Below, one piece after another: positions 46,391-62,394 of a stretch of DNA of 64,000 nucleotides. Under the pieces are notes generated by a model. That model was not told the origin of the DNA and did not search any database. It saw only the letters and a program-made list of their open reading frames with translations. The position numbers and the translations under genes were made by a program. Position 1 is the stretch's first letter; each line of letters starts with the position of its first letter. Origin of the DNA: the human T2T-CHM13v2.0 reference genome, Homo sapiens; assembly GCF_009914755.1 (NCBI RefSeq), contig NC_060944.1. One strand, written 5' to 3'.

Positions 46391-46875
46391 CTATTACTCT
46401 TTTTAATTATTACACAGAGGGCGAATTTCATTTTAAAGGAGGTTGCCATTGCAAATTGTGAGTTCCTGAGGAAAACAGGATCCATTAATTGCACTTAATG
46501 TTCGGTGATAGGGTCTGCAGGTAATTGGAATTCTTGTCACGGGACCCAAAAATCCTACTTTAAAAACAGCTCTCTGGATGATTCTTGTGTACACTAGATT
46601 TTAAGAATCATTAATTTTGTCTCAGTCTCTGAAATAAGGAGGCATATTTGCCATACACACTAATGAGACCTAAATAGGGACTGGGATTTCAGGATGCAAA
46701 ACCTACTCAAACTGCTTTGTCTTTCTCCCATCCCTCCCTCACTGTGCTTCCCAGCCAAGTAAATCACCAGCACCCAAGTTCTTATCCCAGGGTCAGCTTC
46801 TGGGAGAACTAGAACTAGTACAGGGAGTTTGACCTTATCCTGAAGGCAATGCACAATCACTGAAGAGTATTTGGC

Positions 46876-47041
46876 TTTTTGTTTTAGAGATAGGGCCTTT
46901 ATCTGTGGCCCAGGCTGGAGTGCAGGAACACAATCATAGCTCGTTGCAGCCTGGAACTCCTCAGCTCAAAAGGGATTCCCCTGCCTCAGCCTCCTGAGTG
47001 GCTGAGAGAGACTACAGGTGCAAGCCACCATACCTGGCTAA
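46876..47041 (-). mobile_element. Alu right-arm monomer
   Basis: TSD ACTGAAGAGT. Confidence 0.82.
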
Positions 47042-47101
47042 TACTGAAGAGTTTTAATTGAGGGAGTGGCAAGCAATTTCTTTTTTAAAAAGATCTTTCT
47101 G

Positions 47102-47453
<352 letters not shown>

Positions 47454-47720
47454 TTAGAGTAACAAGAGCCCAGGGGTAGAGGTGGAGGCAGACTGCACAG
47501 GGGTGAGGACCATGGATGAGGATTGAAAGGGAGGGTAATCAATAGGCCTTCATGATTGATTGATTGCTTGGAGGTAGGGGAAGGATGGGAGTGCTGGATG
47601 AAACTGCCCTGGGAGAATGTACAGACTGAGGAGAAAATAGCGCACAAGGAGGGGTCTTCCTTCCCATTTGAGCTGGCTCTTGAAAGATGGCGAAGACTTT
47701 TTAGAAAACATTTTTTCTTA

Positions 47721-47899
47721 GCCAGGCGCGGCAGCATGCTCCTATAATCCCAGCTAATTGGGAGGCTGAGGTGGGAGGATTACTTGAGCTCAGGAGTTTG
47801 AGGCTGCAGTGAGATATGATCACACCACTGCACTCCAGCCTGGGTGACAGCAAGACTCTGCCTCTTTAAAAAACAAACAACAACAAAACAACAACAAAA
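47721..47899 (+). mobile_element. Alu monomer (FRAM/FLAM-like)
   Basis: Single arm with (AAC)n tail; TSD TAGAAAACATTTTTT. Confidence 0.85.
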
Positions 47900-49779
47900 C
47901 ACGTAGGTAGAAAACATTTTTTTCTAATTACCCCCACCATCATTATAAAAGTTATTCATGTTCATTGTGAAAATTTTGGGAAATTTTTAAACCCTATAAT
48001 ACCATCAACGCCTATTAAAATATCAGTGTATATCGCTCCAGATTTTACTAACAGCTAGCTACCTAGATAATAAACATCAAATCATCCTGTATACTGTATG
48101 GCATCCTGCCTTCTTCAATAATACTATGCTATGGGCATTTTTCTGTCATTCTTTTTTAAAAAGTATGATTTTTAATGGCTACATATTTCATCGTGTGAAT
48201 GTACCACACATTATTTGATGATTTCTATTTTTAGGACTATGTCTTTTCCAACCTTTTTCCCATTATAGACAGCTACATGATGAGTAGAATAAATTACTAG
48301 GACTAGAATTGCTGAACTAAAGTATGTGAACATATTTAGGGCTCTTGATATTTATTATCCCAGAATAATTATGCCTCTGTACATCTCATACTAACTGGGT
48401 AGGTCAGCTCCAGGAGGGCAGGGGTTTGGGTCTGTATTGGTCATTGTTATATCCCCAGGACCTGGAAAGTTCCTGGACCCTAACAGATTTTCAATAACTA
48501 CTGAATGTTCAAAAATTATGAACAAAGAGCAAGTGAATGAATGTCTCACCATACCCTCACTATACTGGTTATAATTATTTATTAGATCTTTAGCATTATA
48601 TTATTGTTTTCATTGCTTGGATTATTAAGTATCAGCTCACATGCTTTCCTGTGGAAGGATAGTGGCTAACTTTGGCATTTGATGAGAACCAAGTTCAAAT
48701 ACACTTATTAGCTGTGTGATTTTGAGTCTTGCTTCACTACTCCTTTTCAAATGGACATGATAGTAGTATCTCCCTTACAGAATCACTGTGGTGAAGAATG
48801 ATATATGCATAGACTACTCACAGTGTCTGTAAATAGTGGCACAAATAAATGTTGCATATGTGTTAAATGATTTATATTTTCACATCCCCTGCCCATTTTT
48901 TTTTCTAGTTCATAGTTTAAGTGTTACAGTCCTTAACTCACTGACACATTTATTATGACATTTCCCCTCATTTCTGTCATTTTGTATATGGTGGCTTTCT
49001 TAATGTTCCAAAATTTTATTTTATTTCTACCCTAATCTGTGCAGCTTTTCCTTTCTGATGACTTTCATTGCTTTGGTGCTTAAAAATTATTTCCCCACAC
49101 TGGGATCTTAAACATTTTTTTTTTTTAGGTTGCTTTAAATTTTTTCTAGCCTTTTTTAAACGGTCCTGCACAAAATGGTTTAATCTATTGTTTGTTTTTG
49201 TCTATGGTGGGGCATATATTAATTAGACTAGCCTAGATTAGGCAGCAGTTACAAATAAACTCTGAAATGGCTTCGCACAAGAAAAGTTTATTTCTCATTC
49301 AGGCCTAGTCTATGTAAGTTGGGGAGGGGATCACCATGTAGTGACTGGGAGATCCACACGCCCTCCATCTGGAGCTAGCGCTTTCTCATCCTGTGGTTTC
49401 TAAGTTCTTAGCAGGAAAAAAGAAGGGTGGAGGAAGCAAACACCAGCTTTCAACTGCTTTGCCTTTCTAGAAGTGACAAATACCACTTGTACTCACAGTT
49501 CATTGGACGGAACTGGTTACCTGGGCCCAACATAGTCACCAGGAGGCTGGGAAATTTAGGGGAGCATGTGGAGTGTTGATTAATGAGCACCCACTGTCTC
49601 TATGAGAGGGGGTGAGGGAATAATCCATTTTTTTTCTGAAATTATCCCAGGATCCCTTTTCTTTTAAGTTAGAGATTATTAAAAGTTACGGTGAAGTTTA
49701 AGGAATAAAATAACATTCATATCCCCCAAACCCTAACTTAATAACTGTTAAGATTTTGTCATATTTGTCACCATTTATT

Positions 49780-50860
49780 TTTTATTACAGCTTGGAGATG
49801 CCATTTGTATACCCTAAAATTTGCCCTTTTATAGTGAACAATTCAGTGGTTTTTAGTGTATTCACAGAGTTGTCCAACCATTACCAATATTTGATATTAA
49901 GACATTTTTCGTCACTTCCACAAGAAACATCATGCCCATTAGCAGTCATTTTCCACTCCCCACCAACCCCTGGGCCCTGACTACAACTCATCTAAATACC
50001 TTCTGTCTCTGGGAACTTACCTATTCTGGATATTTCATATAAATGGAATCATACAATATGTGGCCTGGCTTCTTTCACCTAGCATAATATTTTTAAGGTT
50101 CATCCATGATGTTACATGTATCAATACTTCATTACTTTTTATTGCTGAATAATACTCCATTGTATGGATATACCACATTCTGTATATCCATCTGTTGATA
50201 GATATTTAGGTCGTTTCCACTTTTTGACTGTTGTGGATAATGCTGCTATGAATGTTTGTGTACAAGTTTTTACGTAAACATGTTTTCAATTCTTTTACGT
50301 GTATACTAAGCAGCAGAATTGCTGGCTCATATAGTAACTCTATGCTTAATTTTCTGAGAAACTGCCAGACTGCTTTCTACATAATGCATTCTGCTGTTAT
50401 TCTATAGGTAACTATTAGGTCTAGTTGGTTTGTAGTGTTGTTCAAGTCCTCTAGTTCTTTATGATCTTCTGCCTAGTTATTCTATCCATTATTAAAAATG
50501 GGATATTAAACAAATGTTGTTGAATTTTCTATTTCTTCCTTTAATTCTGTCTGTTTTTGCTTCATGGATTTTGGAGTTCTGTTGTTATATGCATATATAT
50601 TTATAATTGTTACATCTTCTAATAAATTTCCCCTCTTTCATTATAAAATGTCCCTTTTCTCTCTAATACCTTTTTTTTGTCTTCAAATTTATTTTGTCTA
50701 ATACTAGCATAGTCACTTTTGTCCTTTTGGTTACTGTTTGCATGGTACACCTTCTTTCAACTTTTACTTTAAACTTATTCATGTCTTTGAATCTAGAGCA
50801 TGTTTCTCGTAGACAGCATATGGTTAGATTATGCTTTCTAGAAAATTAATTCTGCCAATC
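49780..50860 (-). mobile_element. L1MB-type fragments
   Basis: TTTCATATAAATGGAATCATACAATATGTGG and TTGCTGAATAATACTCCATTGTATGGATATACCACA. Confidence 0.8.
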
Positions 50861-52023
50861 CCATCAGAGATAATCATTGTGATGAAACATCCATTTTCAC
50901 TGTGATGAAACATCCATTTTCATTCTGCATTTGCAGAATTTTCTAACATATGACCTATATAGATACATCTTTTTTTTTTTTTTACAAACTGTGACCAAAT
51001 TTTATAAACTGTTTTGAAATATGCTTTTTTCCACATCACAATAAAACATGGTATTTCCAGGTCAGTAAATATTATTAAATGGCATCATTTTAAATTGCTC
51101 TATGTTGTCTTGACTAGATGTATGACAGTTTATTTATCTAGTGTATTATTTAGGTGACTTCCAATTTTTTGTCATTATAAATAACACCAGGGAAACAGCA
51201 TCCTCATAGCTAATTTTATGCATGTATTTGGTTATTATTTACTGTAAATGTCAAGAGGTGGAATTGATATAAACTCCCAAACCACCCAGTCTAGCCTCAG
51301 CATGCCAGAGTGCCAGTTTTCCCACACTTCAGTCCTTTTTTTTTTTTTATCAGATCACTTAAAAATAACACAAATGTAAAATGTAATCTGGACTTAGGGG
51401 GAATATTTGCCTCGATGGTTAGTCCCCGGTAGCTCAGTAACGTAGTCTCCTGCTTTCTTAGTCAACTTGATGAAGTTTTAATTTAATGGCATCCTATTAT
51501 GGACTAAAATCATGAACAGGCCAGTACAGGGAGAAACTAAGAACCAGAAGATTGTCACTGCTTTTTTGAGGAACTTCAGAAGACCTTATGTTAATAACTG
51601 TCCCAGGAAACACCAGCCTTGGGCTAATTATTATGGGCCTACGTGCACAAAGCTTTTGCTTCTTTCATTTTTCTAGGACTCTAGTTCCCTAATGAGCGCT
51701 GAAGTTCTCAGCACTCTGTTTCCTTGGTGTGTCCTGATATAGAACATATTGGGAAGATGGCTTGGCCACAAGCTGCTCTTAAACTACAAAATTTGTGCCT
51801 GGAGCAGCTGAATTTGTTTAATCGGGTCAAAAAAGGGCTTCCCCATTCTAGATTGTAAAAGCAAACAAAGTCCACGTTTCTTGTAATAGTTTTATAGGTT
51901 CATTTATTTATTACATTTAAATCTTTGCTTGTGTGAAATCTCTTTCAATGAAACTTGTGAGATAGGGATTTGAATTTATTTTTTCCAGTGGGCTACCCTA
52001 TACTACAATACAATTCTGGATAA

Positions 52024-52310
<287 letters not shown>

Positions 52311-52563
52311 CCTTCTCCATTGATTTGAAATGCCACCTTATGTATTTGGGTCATTTCTGGATGCTCTATGCTGTCTTATTCAAATGGATTAATTATCATA
52401 GCTTTATATTTTATTGGCTTGTTTAGCTATTTCTTTCTCATTACTCTCCTTTTCCAGAATTGTCCTTGCCATTCATTTATGTTTATTTTTCCTTACAAAC
52501 TTTGGAAGCAACTGACCTAGTTTAAAAAGCACTTTGTTGGTATTTTTATTAAGAATGTATTAT

Positions 52564-52863
<300 letters not shown>

Positions 52864-52999
52864 AAGAATGTATTATATTTAAAGATTCATTTTGGAAAAA
52901 TTAATCTCTATATTTTGGCACTGTCCTGTTCGAACACAATAGTATGTTTCCATTTATTCAAATTTTATAGATGATTGTTTACATTATTACATCATTTCA

Positions 53000-53938
53000 T
53001 GTGATATTATGTAATAAGAAGCATATATTTGGTTTTCATCCCTGGTTCCTGGCACAGAGCTTCTAAAATTCTCATACTTTCCTAAGTGATTGGGGTGCTG
53101 GGTGTCTTTTACTCTAATATTTGGTCATTGACCCCAGTTCTGGTTCCTGACAAAGAGCTCCTAAATCTCTTGGAATTTCCTGGGTGATGGGAGCATCTTT
53201 TGTTCTAATCAGGTGACTCTTGATGGGCTCCTGGCTAGCTTCAGGATAGGGGCTGGATGCCAGAAAGACCAAGGCCTGATCAGGAGCTTGGAACCTTGGA
53301 ACTTTTCACCCCACTGTACATCTTTCAGGAAGGGGAGAGGGGCTGGAGATTGAGTTAATAATTGATCATACCTATGTGATGAAGTCTCCATAAAAATCCA
53401 CCAAAGGCGGCGTCAGAGATCTTCTGGGCTGGTGAACACATCCATGTGCTGGGGGGATAGCACACCCCAAGTCCACAGAGGGAGAAACTCCTTCACTCCT
53501 CCAGGCCCTTCCAGAACTCACCCTATGTCCTCTTCACCTGGCTCATCATTTCTGTCCTTTCAGTATTCTTTAATAAACCAGTAAATGTAAGCAAATGTTT
53601 CCCTGAGTTTTGTGAACCATTATAGCAAATTATCAAACCTGAGGAGGGGCTTGTGGCAACCCCCAATGTGTAGCCAGGGCAGACAGAAGTGTGGGCAACC
53701 TGGAAATCTGCTACTTGTGATTGGCATCTGAACAGGCAGTCAGTCTTGTGGGACTGAGCCCTCTGATTTGTGGGATCTAAAGCTAATTCTAAGTAGTGTT
53801 AGAATTGAATTGAAATGTGGGACACTCAGTAGGTGTCCAGAGAGTTAGAGAATTCGTTGCTGAAAAACCTCCTACATATTTGATGTCAGAAGTGTCCTGT
53901 GAGAATCGAGGAAAACAAAGTCTGTTTTCTTTATTTCA
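53000..53938. mobile_element. MER21-type solo LTR
   Basis: TG...CA ends; 5-bp TSD TTTCA (52995, 53939); CCTGGTTCCTGGCACAGAGC motif; AATAAA at about 53571. Confidence 0.8.
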
Positions 53939-54264
53939 TTTCATATTTCTTTTTTTATAATCCTAGTCCTTTCTTTGGCATTAATTAGAATAACTTCTCA
54001 CTTTAACCTTAGGAGAAAGCTAGGAATCCTCATCTATTTGTTCATTAATTTATTCATTCATTCATTCATTATTCATTTATTGTGCAGGAACAATGTGAGG
54101 TGCTGAAAACACAAAAGTGAGCAAATTTTACAGTGGCCCCTGCTTCCATACCCAGTGTACAATGTACTGGGTATGTAAACAAACATTGATTTTATTCCCA
54201 ACCTGGTAGTTATCTCTGTGTCTTCTGGAATGTTTAACATGATCTTTCCTTAGACTTTTTCTTC

Positions 54265-54720
54265 TTGCTATAGGTTCCCTAAAAAGCATACTCTGAGATA
54301 ACGATTTGAGTGCAGTAGTTTATTTGGCAAGGAGTGGGAAGATGAGGGAGTGGAAAAGTGGGAAGGAAGAAAACCAATAAGAATGCGTTCATGAGCAGAT
54401 TTCTGCAGTGAACAACTGGGGCTCAATCCTGCTGGACACCTTCTGAGAAACTTTACAGAATGTACTCTGCACATCAGCCCACCAAGGGTCAAGGAAACTG
54501 TTCCTGCCTGTCACTGGTGGAGGGGTGCTGGGAGCATTAACTCCCGGGCACTTCTGGTCTACCTTTCCTGTGGCCAATAGTGCTCCTGCAGCCAGAGAAC
54601 CTCCCCAGGGGCAGATGTCTGAGGTAGAAATCCAAAGCTGGCAAGGGGCCTACCCATGGAAGATGCCAGTGGTCTCAGAACTGGGCTGAGGGGACATGGG
54701 TAGGGCACTGGGGTATCTAT
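54265..54720 (-). mobile_element. LTR16/LTR33-like ERVL LTR
   Basis: AGGTTCCC...CTGAGATAACGATTTGAGTGCAGTAGTTTATTTGG. Confidence 0.6.
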
Positions 54721-54993
54721 TCCAGAGGAAAGGGAGTTATCTTTGGAAGGCATATTTACATACAGTGGGAAGGGGCAGTAATGGGAGAGGAAATCAGACT
54801 GTGGAAAGTTAGTGTAGCTCAGAAAACAATCACAATCAATTGGTCAATAGTATTGATTGATCACAATCAACATTCCATTCTGAGTTGTTAATAAATCACA
54901 TAGCAAAATTGATGATGTCTTTCTGGGCTTTGTATGTTGGTCAGGTTTTCTCTAAGATGCTTTGAAACATGAATTTTTTAAAAAAGATTTTTC

Positions 54994-55300
<307 letters not shown>

Positions 55301-55879
55301 TCAAAATAAGGTTGTAGATTTTTTGGGTCCACTTTGATATTTTTAATGGGAAAAGTGAAAATTGATAGATAACTACAGTGAAAGCTATGTTTGACAATAA
55401 GATAATAAGATAACATGGGAGGAGATAGCATAGAAGAAGGCGCACTGGCTTTGGGGTGGATCCTGAGTTTGAATCCTCAGTTTCTCCACTAACTAGCAGT
55501 GTGACCTGAGGCAAGTTGCTGATTTGAGCCAGGGTGTTCTTATCTGGAAAATGTAACAATGCTCTCTTCATCAGGTCGCTTTAGTTCTCATTTCCCCAGG
55601 AGCAGACGCTGAGAAGAAAGGCTGTCCACCCCCAGGAGTTTGAAAACTTTAAAGGACTGCCTCTGGAAATGTGTATCAGCCCAGGACTATCCCTCCCTCA
55701 AGTTTCCTCTAGTAAAATTGCTATTTTTATTTTTATGATTTTTCTTGTTAATAACAAGCTATTGTTAGAATGGCATATTTATTGTTGCTATGGGTTGCTA
55801 CTTTTTCTTATAAAAAGAATGTGTCTTAAAGGAGATAAGTAGTTTTTCTATATTAATTACATACAAACAAAATACTCTT

Positions 55880-56174
55880 GGCCAGGCATGGTGGCTCGTG
55901 CCTGTAATCCCAGCACTTTGAAGGGCGAGGCTGGCAGATCACTTGAGGTCAGGAGTTTGAGAACAGCCTGGCCAACATGGTGAAATCCTGTCTCTACTAA
56001 AAATACAAAAATTAGCCACGAGTGGTGGTGCACACCTGTAATCCCAGTTATTTGGGAGGCTGAGGCAGGAGAATCATTTGAACCCGGGAAGCAGAGGTTT
56101 CAGGGAGCTGAGATTGTGCCACTGCACTCCAGCCTGGGTGACAGAGCAAGACTCCGCTCAAACAAACAAAAAAA
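55880..56174 (+). mobile_element. AluSx-like
   Basis: Full-length Alu. Confidence 0.92.
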
Positions 56175-57255
56175 CCTCTGGGAGACAGAATTCGTTCTGG
56201 CCGAGTGAGGAATGATGGGAAGACAGAAATGGGAAAACTTATAGCCCCACATAGAGCAGAATCTCACGTGGAATCCAAGGCTTGTCTCTTCACCCCTTCT
56301 CCACCTTCCTTTTCTTTTCTTTCTTTCGTTTGTTGGTAATGATTTCTTCTAAATTAAAAAACAAATTCCCTATCTGACGTCTCAGGTGGTTTTTTTGTGA
56401 CTGTGGAATAGAGTGAGCAAACACTATTTTTAGGAAGCCATTACAAACTTACAGTACAGGACTTTAGCCTGGCCACAAACATCACTTCTTTGGGCTTTGG
56501 GAGACTTTTCTGTCTAACCTCCCACAGGCAGGGAGGCCTGTCTTAGTTCAGAAGTTTTAGGTGCGCACACTGTTGACAGTTTCGTGGCTTTGGAATTGTA
56601 GACTCGTCCAGAAGCTGGACAGATAACGTGACCGAGGCCACAGCATTATTCCTGGAGCATCTGGGGCTGAGCCATTTGCTGCGTCCCAGCCCAGAGCATA
56701 GGTCTCAACTGTGAAATTGTTCGGGTTTTCTGGGTGATAAAATGGGACCCTTTGAGGCTTGGTTTGGGTTGAAGCCCAAAGGCTGAGAGTTAACAAAGAG
56801 AGCCAAGTGGCCCCAATTTTATAAAATGAGGTGCTGGATGTTCTGAGCTGGAACTTGCAAATGGATGGGGGTGAGGGGCAGGGCATTTGAAGGTGGAAGT
56901 AGGAGGGCAGAGGCCAAATTTTCCTGGAGTTTTCTGATTGCTGTTGCATTTCCCACTGGGGATGGGGAGAGAGAGCTCTGCCCCTAACTTTGGCCAAAGG
57001 AGAGGGGCTATAAGAGAGCCACTGGGAGAGCCTCCTCTGTGGTCCTAGAGTGTGGGGGACAGAGTGGACTGGGGTGTGACACATGCCAAATGCGGAGAGG
57101 CTGAGGCTACTTGCCTGAGGAGAGAGTGAGACTAGAAGCAAGACAGCAGGAGAAACCGGGCTGCCCTGGGAGCTAACTGCCCTCCACCACCAGCAGCAGC
57201 AAGAGTGTGTGTTCCTCAGGAACCAGGAAAAGAACATAGAGGAGCCAGTGCATGG

Positions 57256-57785
57256 TGTATTCATTTCCTAATGCTGCTATAAAAAAAATTACCACGAAAT
57301 TTGTGGCTTAAAACCACAGGCATTTATTCCCTCATAGTTCTGGAGGCCAGAAGGCTGAGACACTCCCTTCAGAGGCTCTAAGGCGGAACCCATCCCTTGC
57401 CTCTTTGGGCTTCTGGCGCTGCTGGCATTCCTGGGCTGTGGACACATCACTCCTCTCTCTGCCTCCATAGTGACATTGCCTCCTCCTCTTCTGTCTGTGT
57501 CAAATCTCTCTGCCTCCCTTTTCTAAGGACACCTGTGATTACATTTAAAGCCTGCCTGGATAATCCAGGATAATCTCCCCTCTTCTGTCTATGTCAAATC
57601 TCTCTCTGCCTCTCTCTTATAAGGACACCTGTGATTGCATTTAAAGCCTGCCTGGATAATCCAGGATAATCTCCCCTCTCAAGATCCTTAATCACTTCTG
57701 CAGAGTCCCTTTCTGACATGGAACATTCACAGTTTCAGGGATTAGGACGTGGATGTCTTTTGAGGCCATTATTCAGCCTACTGCA
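57256..57785 (-). mobile_element. MLT1B/C-type MaLR LTR with an internal duplication
   Basis: TGTATTCATTTCCTAATGCTGC...GTGGCTTAAAAC...AGTTCTGGAGGCCAGAAG...GGATTAGGACGTGGATGTCTTTTG. Confidence 0.8.
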
Positions 57786-57899
57786 GGTAGAGTCCCATCC
57801 AAGAGAGTCTGTTCATGGACCAGTGGGTGACCTCAAGGCTCAGAACACCTCACTCATGAAGCAGATGCTTTGACTGCCCAGTGATTTTCACTGCAGCTG

Positions 57900-58323
57900 C
57901 AGAGGACCTTTCTGTGCAAGGCAGACTCCTGCTAACTGTGCCTAACACTAAGGGAAGGCACGGGTTCTGCCTCAGAGACATCCCCGAAGCAGCTGAGAAA
58001 GGATGAGGGGGCAGTTAATGCACCCTGGGAGCAATCCTTAAATGACAGGGAAGGGAGCGGGTGGGAAGTGACCCAGCCTACTGTCTTTCAGGCTACTGTC
58101 TTTCAGGCAGACAATTCTGGGAGGTTTTCTGCAAACCTTCCAGATCCTGGTAGAATAGGACCCTCATTGCCTACAGCAGTAACTTTAAAACCGCATGCTT
58201 TTTTATGGCTTTTCATCCTTCTCTCTTCCTCAATTCTGAGTCCTGCGATCACTTCCCAAATGAGCTACCTATACCCAAATTCTTGTTTCAGGCTGTGCTT
58301 TTGGTAGATCCCAAGCAAGGACA
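57900..58323 (+). mobile_element. LTR16-like ERVL LTR
   Basis: 3' end TCACTTCCCAAATGAGCTACC...TCAGGCTGTGCTTTTGG...AGGACA. Confidence 0.6.
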
Positions 58324-59059
58324 TAAGGTTCCCAGCATGGAATCCCCAAGAAAGCAGCAAAAGTGCTTCATGGGAGTCGACACAGTGAACTTCTATGCTC
58401 AGCGGGCACCTTTATTGGATAACTTATGTGCCAGCTTAGTGAAATCTTTCCTATTCCTTAAACCACCCTCTCACCACCCTCACTCCCTTCAACCATGGAG
58501 GAGGCAGAGGCAGGTAGGGTGGGAAGAGGGGAGGAAACAGGGCAGAACTAACCATGTCCCACACTCCTGTCCCCCATCACTCAGGGTCCCAGGCTGAAGC
58601 AGGTCCCGGCTGCAGCCTACTTACTGCATTCAGTTCTTTCAACACACGGCATGCATTCATCAGCCCATTTACTCTGCTCGCATCTGCGTTTCTTTTAGAG
58701 GCGGAAACTGTTCATCAGCTAGCATCGATACTACGATCCTGCTTTTAAATATCCTCTGCTGACGGTTACACTGTTCTGAAGAAGTAATCAGATGGTTGCA
58801 TGGCATGTCTATAAAATGAGAAGAAGAATCTTACCTCACAGAATGCCTGGGTGGATGCAGTGAGCTAGCTCCAGGAAAGTGACTGGCACAGAGTAGATGC
58901 CCTAATAATGGAGGCTTCTCTCTTCTACAGCACACATTGCAAGCTTCCTGAGGGCAGCTCTTCCTTCCTGGGTCCTTGGCAGAGTGCTTGGGACACTGTA
59001 AGTGCTCAGGGAATTGTTTATTGAAGGAAAGGGTGGGAGGGTCAGGAAAGCAGCTCTTA

Positions 59060-59807
<748 letters not shown>

Positions 59808-59919
59808 ACCACATGGCTGAAATTTGAAATGTATATGAGGCTTTCTTAAGGGAGGCCCTTTTCTTCGGAACTATGACATTGACTCCTCTTCCTGCTTGGT
59901 TTCAGATTTCTGTATAATG

Positions 59920-60430
59920 TGTGGAAGGGGAGAAAATTATATAATCTTTTTGCCACTCTCATAAATTCATAATTGAGTCACCCTTCTGAAACAAAAGACA
60001 GATCAACAAAGGAAAAACAGGTATGCTTAATAATGTATACATGCCGTGTCCATCATGGGGGAGAAAAGTAACTCTGCAAAGTGACTCTCAAAGCATTGGC
60101 TGGAAACCTGAGGCTTTAAGCTTTGTTTAAGTAGCATTTTAACAAAAAGCAATGAATTTTAGTGCAGTGACAAGACAAAGGAGAGAACAGTTCCAGTCTC
60201 TCAAAGGGGGAAAGCTGTGGGAAGATACTCATGAAGTAAGGTCTGCTCGCAGGTTTCTCTGGTGTCTGCTAGTGCCGTCTCTAGGCTGATAAGTGGCTAT
60301 CTCCAGTAAGACGGGATTTATGTCCTGCCTTTAGGCAAACAAAGGAGAGGCAGAGAGTCTCCGTACGTCTCAGCTGTCTTTAGCTCACCAATCCTCAATA
60401 TTTTAGGGAGAAATATTTTGGTTTCCTTCA
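59920..60430 (-). mobile_element. ERV1 LTR (MER34/MER39-like group)
   Basis: Minus strand starts TGAAGGAAACCAAAATATTTC; AACAAAAGACAGATCAACA motif. Confidence 0.6.
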
Positions 60431-60736
60431 GTGTAAATTACTTGGCCTACCGCAGATTCATTCCAGGCCTGTAACATGCCAGTTCACATCTGCTCTGTGC
60501 TGGCTGGGGCAGGTGTCTACTTCCCCAGTTTGCTGGGGCCAGGCCCCAAGGTGGCCTCACAGCTGTTGGAAGAATACAGGTCCTCATATTGCTGAGGAGT
60601 CATTGTCCTGGTCTGATTTGCCTGCTATTGTGAAGACAGTGGTTGAGTATTGCTACCTTTCTCCTTGGTTCTCTTAATAGGAGTGAATCTTTTTGGAGAC
60701 TCTCTCCCAGTGCATCTGCTGTGGGTCAGTGTGTTC

Positions 60737-61037
<301 letters not shown>

Positions 61038-61441
61038 ATGGGTCCATGTGTTCTTGTTGCTAAATGATGTGGGGAACAGTACAAGACAGTGGGAGAGCCT
61101 GGAAGAACTTGGAGTAATTTTCAGGTAAAGCTCATTGAAGTTGCTGAAAATGAAACAATGTCAAGGTGACATTCGTGGCCAGACAATTTGTGAAGGTTTA
61201 TTTTTAATAATGGGAGTTCTGGGTTTTCTAATCACTTACTCGAAGATAGGATAAAATGCAATGTAAAATTAAAATTTGAAAATTCAAAACCATGAATTTT
61301 CTAGACCATGAGTCTCCAGTCAGTAACTACCTGACTAGCAGGATGGTTTGGAAGGGTTTTTCCCACACTTTAATACCTAGCCCAGCGCCACCCAGTGCTA
61401 AACTAATAAGGGGGTAACTTTGATATTAAAACCCAAAGCTG

Positions 61442-61576
61442 GGAGCTGGACACACTAGTGTGTGCCTGTAGTCCCAGCTACTCAAGAGGCTGAGGCAGGA
61501 GAGTCACTTGAACACAGGAATTCCAATCCAGCCTGGGCCACATAGTGAGACCCCATCTCTAAAGAAAAAAGAAAAA
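61442..61576 (+). mobile_element. FLAM/Alu monomer
   Basis: Single arm with A-tail. Confidence 0.8.
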
Positions 61577-62097
61577 CTGGGAAGAAGTAGATGCTCTTTG
61601 TGCATAATAAGGCTTAGGGAACACATGAGCATAAGATCGACCATCACAGTTCACGAGAAGTTCAATTTATTTATTTGATACATTCCCATCTAGAGGCCAG
61701 TCCATAGTGAGGGCTGCTTTTCTCACTCTCCACTCCAAGGATGCACAATTTCCTGTGTTCCCCCATCCAGCAGCAGAACCCTAGGGCAGAGGATGGCTGA
61801 CAGCAACCCATGCTAAAGGTCATATCCCCACAGGAGGACCTCAGCCAGGAGCTGAGGCAGAGGAGCTAGGCTTATGGGGACTGTGGGTTCGGGAACGGAA
61901 ATTGAATGAGGATGGGAGGTGGTTGAGAGGGTCTGGGGTGTGTCTCCCACCCACTGCGTGTCAGGAATGAATCTTGAGACACAGGAGTGGAGCCTGCACC
62001 TAGGGTGCCCCAGACAGAGAGTCCCAACCATGCTGGGACTCTGCATCTCTTGGCTCATGTCTCTTGAGCCAAAGCAAAGAACTAAGCATTATTCAAG

Positions 62098-62098
62098 A

Positions 62099-62130
<32 letters not shown>

Positions 62131-62162
62131 GTGTAGCGGCCAATGTGAGGGTGTGTGTGTGT
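62098..62162. repeat. (GT)n microsatellite
   Basis: GT runs with interruptions. Confidence 0.9.
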
Positions 62163-62394
62163 TTAGCTAAGGAACAGAGGAGGACATCTCTTCCCCCCTC
62201 CACTTACCTTCACACATCTGCATTTCTTCAGTCTGAAAGGTGGGAAGATGAAGAGAGCCAGGCACGCGTCTAACTGGGCTGTCTAATCCTTGTTTTCCAA
62301 AACAGGCAGCTCAGGCTTGGGCTGCATTTTTTTTCTGCCAATTTTTGTACTGTAATTTATGTAACCATTGGTAGATTTTTAAACAGTATCTTTT

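Noticed and set aside
51422-51450. tRNA-like start CCCCGGTAGCTCAGT
   Set aside because: No B-box (GTTCRA) or cloverleaf downstream
56557-57264. 235-aa minus-strand ORF
   Set aside because: No recognisable domain or splice context, Ser/Pro/Trp-rich composition, and it lies in LTR-like intergenic sequence; most likely chance
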